From Calditrichaceae bacterium (GTDB lineage Bacteria > Calditrichota > Calditrichia > Calditrichales > JBFXGD01), in assembly GCA_050178385.1 (NCBI GenBank), contig JBFXGD010000025.1, positions 1 to 30,040 of the forward strand: 30,040 nt of DNA, in the 5' to 3' direction. Made by a program: the position numbers and the translations under genes. Below, piece after piece: positions 8,090 through 16,166 of this stretch (positions are counted from its first letter, which is position 1; the number at the start of each line of letters is the position of its first letter). The notes under the pieces were generated by a model. The model worked only from the letters and a program-made list of their open reading frames with translations, was not told where the DNA came from and did no database searches.

Positions 8090-9121
8090 ATGACTATAAA
8101 AAAACATATAAATCCTGTATTTTATATTTTTTTAATTTTTTCTTTTTTTACAACAGGAAGCGCGCAAACGGAAATCGGTGGTTTTTTTGATATCATAAAC
8201 AGCACAGATTTGGAAGCCGGACAAAACACCGGATTTACCGTCAACCAATTTGAGATTGCCATTTCACAGTCTTATGATAATCCAATTTCAATAGACGCGG
8301 CAATCGGATATAATAAAGATGACGGTAAAATGGAGCTGGCTGACGCGGTAATTCACTACACCAGTAAATTAGGTTCTGAACACTTCATCTCCGGCACCGA
8401 CACAATTCACGCCCACGCCGGCGTTTCAATAGGCCAGACCGACGTGCCGTTCGGAATTGATTATCTGTCCTTTGACGCCCCTGTGCGCCCGGTAGTAACA
8501 CAACCGCTGATATATCAGAAAACCGTTGGTGAATGGTCAGGAACTGGTATCAATATCCACACAATGCAAAAACATTATAATTTTGATTTATATACAACCA
8601 ACGGTTTCAATGGTGATCTTGCCTTCGGGGCTCATTCGGGATTTACTTTTATCGACAACCTGGAATTTGGATTTTCATACGCGGCGGAATTCAGGACCAT
8701 AGACACAAAAAGTAACTGGATAACCGGCGTAGATATCGCCGCAACACTTGGATCTCTTGACGTCAAATCTGAATATCTTTGGGCGAGAAATCTGCTTGAC
8801 GCCGCTCAGGACACCCTTTTTTCAGATAAAATCTATCAGGGATTTTATGTCCAGCTCTCAAATGATTTTGAAAATCTGATAAAATTTCCTGTTTTTGCTA
8901 CCGCCCGATTTGGGTACTGGGAATCTGAGATGGATAGGGATTTCAGCGAGGACAAGGATACCCAGAACAGAATCACTCTCGGACTGGGATACCGCACAGA
9001 TTATGACGCCGAAATCAGAATTGAATATCTCTCGGAGCAGATTGAGGACAACAGCCGATATAATGTACTCACATTGCAGCTTGTAACATGGCTTGATATG
9101 AAATCCCATATCATCCGGTGA
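8090..9121 (+). CDS. Putative outer-membrane beta-barrel porin
   Basis: Signal peptide (...GSA-QTE), EIGGFFD, GQTDVPFG, KSEY, RITLGLGY and RIEY; alternating strands typical of OprO/OprP-like porins. Confidence 0.7.
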   Translation: MTIKKHINPVFYIFLIFSFFTTGSAQTEIGGFFDIINSTDLEAGQNTGFTVNQFEIAISQSYDNPISIDAAIGYNKDDGKMELADAVIHYTSKLGSEHFISGTDTIHAHAGVSIGQTDVPFGIDYLSFDAPVRPVVTQPLIYQKTVGEWSGTGINIHTMQKHYNFDLYTTNGFNGDLAFGAHSGFTFIDNLEFGFSYAAEFRTIDTKSNWITGVDIAATLGSLDVKSEYLWARNLLDAAQDTLFSDKIYQGFYVQLSNDFENLIKFPVFATARFGYWESEMDRDFSEDKDTQNRITLGLGYRTDYDAEIRIEYLSEQIEDNSRYNVLTLQLVTWLDMKSHIIR

Positions 9122-9233
9122 TCAATCCTTACCGCTTATACCGGACGGGGAACGGGTTCTCATCCCGAACCAATTGTATAAAGAGCCCGGCCGCCGTTTG
9201 CGGGAAAATCAATCATAAAAGCATTAAAGAAGG

Positions 9234-9271
9234 AAAATCCCTTTGCTGACCAGACAGCAAAGGGATTTTTT
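9234..9271. terminator. Bidirectional intrinsic terminator between the convergent porin and aspA genes
   Basis: AAAATCCCTTTGCTG-6 nt-CAGCAAAGGGATTTT with A/T tracts on both sides. Confidence 0.85.
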
Positions 9272-11164
9272 TTAGTTTTTCTTTTTGGATTTTGTTCCGG
9301 ACTTAATTTGAGGCCGAATCATATTCTCCGGAGCAAGCAGGTCGTTAAGTTCTTCTTCCGACAACAAGTTCTTCTCCAGAACCAGCTCATATACGCCCCG
9401 GTTTGTACTAAGCGCCTCTTTAGCCAGCTGTGTACATGTTTCATATCCCAAAACAGGGTTGAGCGCTGTGACCAGGCCAATACTATTCAGCACCATGGAG
9501 CGGCAATGATCTTCATTTGCTGTAATACCGTCAACACATCTGTGCCTTAGAGTTTCCATGCCATTTTTCAGCATCATCATCGATTCAAAAATACTCTGAG
9601 CGATGACAGGTTCCATCACATTCAATTCAAGCTGTCCGGCCTCAGCGCCAAGCGTGACGGTCAGATCATTTCCGATAACCTTAAAAGCAATCTGATTAAC
9701 AACTTCGGGTATAACGGGGTTAACCTTACCCGGCATAATGGATGAACCCGGCTGCATCTTGGGCAGATTGATCTCATTGAGTCCAGCGCGCGGTCCGGAG
9801 GAAAGAAGCCGGAGATCATTTGATATTTTAGAAAGTTTAACCGCCATTCTTTTCAGCGCGGATGAGTACATGACAAACGCGCCAGTGTCCTGAGTGGCCT
9901 CAACCAGATTGGCGGCCAGTACAATATCCAGATTTGTAATTTCCCGCAAATGCTTTAATACTTTTTCACTATATGCGGGATCTGTGTTTATTCCCGTTCC
10001 AATGGCGGTCCCGCCCATATTTACTTCCAGAAACAATCGCGCGTTTTGTTCCAGACGCTCAACTTCTTCGCCAAGTGTCACCGCATACGCTTCAAATGAC
10101 TGTCCCAGGGTCATGGGTACTGCATCCTGAAGCTGCGTTCTTCCCATTTTTATGATATGAGAAAACTCATTTGCTTTTTTCCTGAATGATTCAATGAGAT
10201 CTTTCAATACGTCCAACAGCTGTTTATTACTATTGATTATAGCTATCTTCAGAGCCGTCGGATAGGCGTCATTGGTCGACTGTGAAAGATTCACATGGTT
10301 ATTTGGATGGCAGTATTCATATTCGCCTTTTTCATGCCCTAAAATTTCGAGAGCTCTGTTCGCTATAACTTCATTAGCATTCATATTTGAAGAAGTTCCG
10401 GCACCCCCCTGTATCATGTCAACGACAAAATGTGTATGGAGCCGGCCATTAAGGATTTCTGTACATGCCTGAACGATGGCTTCAGTAATCTGATCTGTAA
10501 GCAGTCCAAGATCATTATTTGCTTTTGCCGCCGCCATTTTTACCATTGCCAGCGCCTCAATCAGGCGGGGATAGAGACTTAGAGGGATTCCCGTTATATT
10601 AAAATTTTCAAAGCCTCTTAAGGTCTGAATTCCATAATAATATTCATAGGGAACATCCCGTTCCCCGAGAAGATCGTGTTCTCTGCGTGTCCGGCCTGAT
10701 ATGTATTGGGCCGCGGCGTTCACAACCCGTGTGCTTGTCTGTCTCATCCTGCGTGAAATAACTCTGGCGACATGTGACAATATTTTGCCGGCAAGCGCTG
10801 GTTCTTCATGTAATATCTGGGAAAACCGTTTTACATTTATGGTTAAAACTGTTGAGTCTGACAATGCCCTCGCCGAAGTGGAATGCGGATAGTTATCCAA
10901 CAAAGCGCCTTCCCCCAGGAAATCAAATTCTCCAAAAATTGCCATCCTTTTCTCATCGCCAAACGGACCGGTTTTGAAAAGTTCAACTTCCCCCTCAAAA
11001 ATAAGGAAAACATTCTTTCTGTCAGTATTTTCAGAAAACAAAAATGTGCTGCTTTTGTATTTTCTTTGATCTGTATTTTCTGCTATTAACCTTATTTCGT
11101 TATCCGATAAATCTTTGAAAAGTTCAATGTTCTTCAGAAAAGATTCGATCATTTGTATATTCAT
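9272..11164 (-). CDS. aspA: Aspartate ammonia-lyase with N-terminal cyclic-nucleotide-binding domain
   Basis: YYGIQTLR, QGGAGTSSNMNANEV, QSTNDAYPT, KMGRTQLQDAVP and GSSIMPGKVNP. The first ~145 aa show a cNMP fold (ELFKDL...GEVEL...FLGEGALL). Confidence 0.93.
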   Translation of the reverse strand: MNIQMIESFLKNIELFKDLSDNEIRLIAENTDQRKYKSSTFLFSENTDRKNVFLIFEGEVELFKTGPFGDEKRMAIFGEFDFLGEGALLDNYPHSTSARALSDSTVLTINVKRFSQILHEEPALAGKILSHVARVISRRMRQTSTRVVNAAAQYISGRTRREHDLLGERDVPYEYYYGIQTLRGFENFNITGIPLSLYPRLIEALAMVKMAAAKANNDLGLLTDQITEAIVQACTEILNGRLHTHFVVDMIQGGAGTSSNMNANEVIANRALEILGHEKGEYEYCHPNNHVNLSQSTNDAYPTALKIAIINSNKQLLDVLKDLIESFRKKANEFSHIIKMGRTQLQDAVPMTLGQSFEAYAVTLGEEVERLEQNARLFLEVNMGGTAIGTGINTDPAYSEKVLKHLREITNLDIVLAANLVEATQDTGAFVMYSSALKRMAVKLSKISNDLRLLSSGPRAGLNEINLPKMQPGSSIMPGKVNPVIPEVVNQIAFKVIGNDLTVTLGAEAGQLELNVMEPVIAQSIFESMMMLKNGMETLRHRCVDGITANEDHCRSMVLNSIGLVTALNPVLGYETCTQLAKEALSTNRGVYELVLEKNLLSEEELNDLLAPENMIRPQIKSGTKSKKKN

Positions 11165-11181
11165 TTAATCTTTCTCCATAG

Positions 11182-11209
11182 CAAAAAACCCCTTGACAGG
11201 GGTTTTTTG
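11182..11209 (-). terminator. Terminator-like hairpin after the lipoprotein gene, abutting the aspA RBS
   Basis: CAAAAAACCCCT-4 nt-AGGGGTTTTTTG, symmetric. Confidence 0.7.
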
Positions 11210-11267
11210 TTTGATAATTTTTGTTGATACTAATGTAATCAATTGGAACTTATTCTGCAAAAGCAAA

Positions 11268-11453
11268 TTATTGCTCCATACTTGGCGCTTCTTCCATAAC
11301 TGTTGTATCGGCGACTGTAGTATCAGGTGTTACCTCTTCAACTTTCTGCTCTACCGCAGGTGCAACTTCTTCAGCAGCTTTCTGTTCACCACCGCAAGCT
11401 ATCAGTGAGAATGAAAGCATCAGGCCCATCAAAAACAGAACAACTTTTTTCAT
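11268..11453 (-). CDS. Small acidic lipoprotein
   Basis: MKK, hydrophobic core and LIAC lipobox; AAGGAG RBS; mature part E/A/T/V-rich and low complexity. Confidence 0.85.
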   Translation of the reverse strand: MKKVVLFLMGLMLSFSLIACGGEQKAAEEVAPAVEQKVEEVTPDTTVADTTVMEEAPSMEQ

Positions 11454-11667
11454 CGTAAATCTCCTTATGGATTTGGTTATTGCAAAAACAGGGTTAAAAT
11501 TTAGCTGAAATCTAAAAAAAAGTCAATTCCAAAATAGAATTAATTACCTGTTTCCAAAAAAAATTATACATTTAATTGAATAAAATTTAGATTTTTTGTA
11601 ACTTTTAATGGCGGTGCATTGAATATTCTATCGAAATTTATTCACTTCATAAAGGGCTTAATATAAG

Positions 11668-12378
11668 ATGCAATCTGAAGAGATACAAGTAAAACGTATT
11701 TTATTTGACGCAGACGATACCCTCTGGGAAAACAATATATACTACCTTCAAGCAGCATCGGAATTTTTTAACCTGCTATCACACGCGGGCATCGACCGCT
11801 CCGAAGTTGAAAAAGATTTTGACAAACTTGAAATAAAAGTTGTTAAAGAACGCGGATATGGCAGTGAGAATTTTGTATATATACTAAAAGAAATCTATCA
11901 AAAATACAGCTCCGGAAACGGCCACAACATAAATCGGGATCGGTTTTCTTCAATAATCGAGACCTTTAGCAATCATCCAAAACACAAACCTTCCCTTTTT
12001 TCAAATGTGATTGAAACCATGGATTATCTGAAATCTGACTATAGTCTTTATGTTCTCACGAAAGGCGACTTTGAAGAACAAAGCGGTAAAATTAAGCTCT
12101 CAGGAGTCTGTGACTATATCGAAGATTATTTTGTACCGCATGAAAAAAATGACCATACCTATAGGGATTTACTCACCCGACATGCCTGGAAACCCGAAGA
12201 GACCTGTATGGTTGGGAACAGTCCCAAATCGGATATTAATCCAGCCCTCAGAAGCGGTATGTATGCCATCCATATCCCCTACAAGGATACATGGAAACTT
12301 GATGATGAACCCATGGATTTGGGAAACAAACGGCTAATCATCCTGAATACATTTTCGGAATTACGAAATATATTCTGA
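11668..12378 (+). CDS. HAD-superfamily hydrolase
   Basis: Motif I FDADDTLW, motif II LTKG, EK, and motif IV MVGNSPKSDINP. Confidence 0.9.
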   Translation: MQSEEIQVKRILFDADDTLWENNIYYLQAASEFFNLLSHAGIDRSEVEKDFDKLEIKVVKERGYGSENFVYILKEIYQKYSSGNGHNINRDRFSSIIETFSNHPKHKPSLFSNVIETMDYLKSDYSLYVLTKGDFEEQSGKIKLSGVCDYIEDYFVPHEKNDHTYRDLLTRHAWKPEETCMVGNSPKSDINPALRSGMYAIHIPYKDTWKLDDEPMDLGNKRLIILNTFSELRNIF

Positions 12379-12585
12379 TAATCTCCTTATATCTATCCCG
12401 GATAATCAGCGTGACATGTATGAAAAACACCCTGTTTCGAATTATTCTAAAACCGGAATCTTTCGCAATATTAATATAACTGGTGCAGAACGACGGTTTT
12501 TATTAACCGGTTTTGAGAATCTGCTCTCCAGGTATGAAATTATGATTGTGATCTGCTATATAAATTCATTAAATAAGTTCAGCGT

Positions 12586-12993
12586 TTAATTCAGGTCAAA
12601 TGAGATTGAATCATTGGTCACTGAGGAATTTCCGGTTTTGATATTCTTAATAAATCCTTTTTCAAAAATATATTTTGCCAGATTTTGGAGGGTGTCATCA
12701 TTAATATTCCGGAATGAAGGCATCATAAAAGAACCTTGCTTTATTTTTAATTTAATTTTTGCGATATCCAGGCCCGAATAATCAAAGGATGAATATAGTA
12801 TTCCGTTACCCTGCCCTTGTTCTCCGTGACAGTGTATGCAGGCTTCCCTGTATATAATTGCCGGTGAATCAGTTTTAGGACGATAATAATTTTCCCCTTC
12901 CGCCAGCAGGAGGTAGGCACTGCTGATAATAACGGTTGATGCAATAAAGATAAACGGCAGCCATTTTAAAATCATTTTCTTCATCGAAATCAC
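12586..12993 (-). CDS. Mono-heme c-type cytochrome with N-terminal signal/anchor
   Basis: CIHCH heme-binding motif, distal MMPSF ligand motif and N-terminal hydrophobic segment. Exact start uncertain. Confidence 0.85.
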   Translation of the reverse strand: MISMKKMILKWLPFIFIASTVIISSAYLLLAEGENYYRPKTDSPAIIYREACIHCHGEQGQGNGILYSSFDYSGLDIAKIKLKIKQGSFMMPSFRNINDDTLQNLAKYIFEKGFIKNIKTGNSSVTNDSISFDLN

Positions 12994-12998
12994 TCGGA

Positions 12999-13787
12999 TT
13001 AACTAAAGTTTCTTTTCCTTAGTTTTTGATAAGCCGCGGTGGCAAGTCCGCCTTTTTGAATGAGAGAGTCTCTTAATTCCAAAAGTTTATGACGTTCACC
13101 TGAAATTTTTTTCATAAAAATTCCCAACCCGTCAAAACGATAAATATTATGTCTTCTAAGGACAAGTTGCTCCCATTCCTGTTCATTTTTTTTAAAATTT
13201 ACCAATGAAACGCCAAAACGGTATCCTGTATCCCGGGTTAATTTTAAAACATCGCTGTCATATCTCCCGAATGGATAACTGACGGATATAATCTCTGTCA
13301 TTAACAGATTTTCCAACATTATTTTACTCTGCTTTATTTCCCGGATGATTTCATCGATCCCTAACGCCGTCAATAAACGATGTGAACATGTATGTGAACC
13401 GATTTCAAAGCCAGCGTTAATAAGTCTCTTCAATTGGTCCGTATCCATGTGCCGGAATCTCTTTTTTCCGAACTGGACATCCCAGTCATTGTATTTGCCT
13501 ATATAATCAGCGGGGATAAAAATTACGCCTCGAAGCTTCAATTCATTCATAACCGGAACAGCATTGTTAAAAACGGATTCATATCCGTCGTCAAATGTAA
13601 TTATCAGTGGTTTAGCGGGGAGATGGCTGCCCATTATGAGATCAGCAAACGTGATGGTTTCATATCCATTGTCCCGGATTATCTCCATATCACGTTTAAA
13701 ATCATCCGGATGTCTCGTAGTAATACCGATGTCTCTGACTTTGTCGATCTTATGATAATTGATTATCGGAATCCGGGAGATCTGCAT
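12999..13787 (-). CDS. Polysaccharide deacetylase (NodB/CE4, IcaB-like)
   Basis: IINYH, ITFDDGY, EIGSHTCSH and SYPFG motifs. Confidence 0.92.
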   Translation of the reverse strand: MQISRIPIINYHKIDKVRDIGITTRHPDDFKRDMEIIRDNGYETITFADLIMGSHLPAKPLIITFDDGYESVFNNAVPVMNELKLRGVIFIPADYIGKYNDWDVQFGKKRFRHMDTDQLKRLINAGFEIGSHTCSHRLLTALGIDEIIREIKQSKIMLENLLMTEIISVSYPFGRYDSDVLKLTRDTGYRFGVSLVNFKKNEQEWEQLVLRRHNIYRFDGLGIFMKKISGERHKLLELRDSLIQKGGLATAAYQKLRKRNFS

Positions 13788-13789
13788 TG

Positions 13790-14917
13790 TTATAGATTCA
13801 GCTCCAGCAGTTCAAAAATATTATAAAATTCATACCCGTGCTGATCCGCCGCATAACGGTTTGTTATTTTTCCTTTATATATAGATAGAGCGGACAATAA
13901 AGCAGGTTCCTTAATCAGCGCGTCCTTTAGCCCGTTTGACGCGAGCAGTTTAACAAAGGGTACGATTTTTTTTGTAATAATACGGCTTGCGGTTAAAGGT
14001 ACTGTTGCCGCTATATTCGGCACGCAGTAGTGAACGATATCATTTACAATGTAGGTTGGTTTTTCAAGACTTGTAATGTGTGAAGTTTCCACCAGATTGG
14101 CTTGTTCAATAGATATGTCAATCAACACGCTTCCCGGTTCCATTGAAGCGACCATTTCTTTTGTTATAAATACATTTTTGGAATACTGCTTTAGGGAGAA
14201 TATCGCGACTATTAAAATATCAGTCTGCGGAAGTAATTCCAGTAGTTTTTCTTCGGAAAACTTATCAATCCTTAGATTTGGATGATTTACATCGAGTTCA
14301 TCTGTCTGAATTTTTTTTAGTCCAAGCAGGTTAACATTTGCGCCATTCGAGCAAGCATACATAGCCGCGGTCCTGCCCACCTTTCCGGCGCCCAGGATCG
14401 TCACCGTAGCCGGTTTCACATTATCAGTACCGGAAAGTAATTTTCCTTTCCCGCCTTCTGTAATCGTCAACAGATTGGCACCCTGATGGATTGCCATTTT
14501 CCCGGCAATTTCGCTCATCCCCATCAACAGAGGATATTTTCCGTCCGCGTCCTGGATCATCTCAGCGCCAAAAAATGTTGTTTTGGTATCCATCAGCGCT
14601 TTCAGCCGATCTGCATTGTGAACAAGATTTAAAAATGATATGAGGATATGGGATTCATTTAACAATTCATATTCGACAGGCTGCGGCGGCTGGACTTTTA
14701 CTATTAGTTCGGCTTTCTGAAGAACTTTTTCCATGGTCGGCAATATGATCGCCCCCACCCGTTCATACTGTATATCCTCAAAACCGCACATTTCTCCCGC
14801 GCTGCGTTCCACAAAAACATCAATGCCGTTCCGGATGAGTACTTTCACTCCCTCAGGACTGAGCATGACACGCCCTTCAAATTGCTTTATTTCTTTTAAA
14901 AGCCCTACTTTGTACAT
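13790..14917 (-). CDS. Alanine dehydrogenase-like protein (AlaDH/PNT family) with atypical active site
   Basis: KEIK..EGRV..SP, PLL..MSEIAG, GAGKVG Rossmann motif and HYCVPN. Catalytic positions differ from canonical Ald (see findings). Confidence 0.85.
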   Translation of the reverse strand: MYKVGLLKEIKQFEGRVMLSPEGVKVLIRNGIDVFVERSAGEMCGFEDIQYERVGAIILPTMEKVLQKAELIVKVQPPQPVEYELLNESHILISFLNLVHNADRLKALMDTKTTFFGAEMIQDADGKYPLLMGMSEIAGKMAIHQGANLLTITEGGKGKLLSGTDNVKPATVTILGAGKVGRTAAMYACSNGANVNLLGLKKIQTDELDVNHPNLRIDKFSEEKLLELLPQTDILIVAIFSLKQYSKNVFITKEMVASMEPGSVLIDISIEQANLVETSHITSLEKPTYIVNDIVHYCVPNIAATVPLTASRIITKKIVPFVKLLASNGLKDALIKEPALLSALSIYKGKITNRYAADQHGYEFYNIFELLELNL

Positions 14918-14921
14918 AAAT

Positions 14922-16157
14922 TTAATTCGCGGATGGTGAAAGTTTTAGAATATTGAATTTATCAGCCGAAAAAATTTGTCTTGCCACTTCAATCATTGAT
15001 TCCGGAGTGATCCGGTTTATTGAAGATAATACCTCATCAAGAGGAATTTGTCTCCCATAAGAGATTTCGTTTTTCGCCAATCTGCTCATTCTGCGGGATA
15101 TGCTTTCCAGACTGAGTACATAACTCCCCTTCAATTGTTCTTTAAGCTTATGGACCAGGTTTCCGCTTAAAGGTCTATTATTCAGTCTGTCAATCTCTTT
15201 ATAAAGCATTTCTATCGCCCGTTCCTGATTTCGTTGATCGGTCCCAAGATAAATACTCATGACTCCCGTATCACTGTAAAAATCTAACATAGAATATACC
15301 GAATATGCAAGCGCATTTTTTTCCCGGATTATCTGGAACAATCTTGAACTCATTCCTCCGCCAAGATATGTATTAAGCGCTATCAGTTCAAACCGGTGTT
15401 TCGCGTGATAAGACATACCCTCAAGACCAATACATATATGCGACTGATTAAAAGATTCCGGAACATCAATATTAAAACCGGTGACCGCCTCCGGCTTAAT
15501 AAATTCATTCCGGCCGGTGTTTTCATTAAACTGGAAATTCCGCTCTATCTGTTTTAACAATCGGTCGTGATTCACATTACCGGCGGCACTGATGACAATA
15601 TTTTCAGGCTGGTAATTTTCAGACCAGAATTTTTCGATGGCAGGACGATCAAATTTGTATACCGTCTCGGGTGTACCCAGAATCGGATATCCGATTGACT
15701 GACCGGGGTAAAGTTTTTCCTGAAACAGATCAAATATGTATTCTTCAGGGGTATCTTTAACCGAACTGATCTCTTCCAGTACAACCATGCGCTCTTTTTC
15801 GATATCTTTTTCCCGAAAAAGGGAATTGCACACCATATCTGAAAGAACGTTGATACTTATTAAAAGCTGTGTGTCTAAAGTGTGGGTAAAAAAACAGGTT
15901 ATTTCTTTGCTTGTATATGCGTTAAGACTTCCGCCTAAATCCTCGAGCGACTGAGCAATTTTCAGGGCACTTCTTTTTTTTGTGCCCTTAAAAAGCATAT
16001 GCTCTATGAAATGGGCTATCCCGTTATTAGTTACATTTTCTGAACGTGAACCTGATTTTAACCAGACTCCAATGGAAAGCGATCTCACCGAAGGAATAGA
16101 TTCGCTAATTACGGTGAGACCGTTATCTAGAACCGTTCTTTGTATTGAATGATTCAT
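14922..16157 (-). CDS. M16-family zinc peptidase
   Basis: HFIEH inverted zincin motif, NAYTSKE and GGGMSSRLFQ; conserved position after pnp. Confidence 0.93.
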   Translation of the reverse strand: MNHSIQRTVLDNGLTVISESIPSVRSLSIGVWLKSGSRSENVTNNGIAHFIEHMLFKGTKKRSALKIAQSLEDLGGSLNAYTSKEITCFFTHTLDTQLLISINVLSDMVCNSLFREKDIEKERMVVLEEISSVKDTPEEYIFDLFQEKLYPGQSIGYPILGTPETVYKFDRPAIEKFWSENYQPENIVISAAGNVNHDRLLKQIERNFQFNENTGRNEFIKPEAVTGFNIDVPESFNQSHICIGLEGMSYHAKHRFELIALNTYLGGGMSSRLFQIIREKNALAYSVYSMLDFYSDTGVMSIYLGTDQRNQERAIEMLYKEIDRLNNRPLSGNLVHKLKEQLKGSYVLSLESISRRMSRLAKNEISYGRQIPLDEVLSSINRITPESMIEVARQIFSADKFNILKLSPSAN

Positions 16158-16166
16158 CAGTTTTAG

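Noticed and set aside
9119..9181. Selenocysteine read-through of the porin TGA (a hairpin follows)
   Set aside because: Read-through adds only about 20 residues before TAA, with no redox motif, on a beta-barrel protein.
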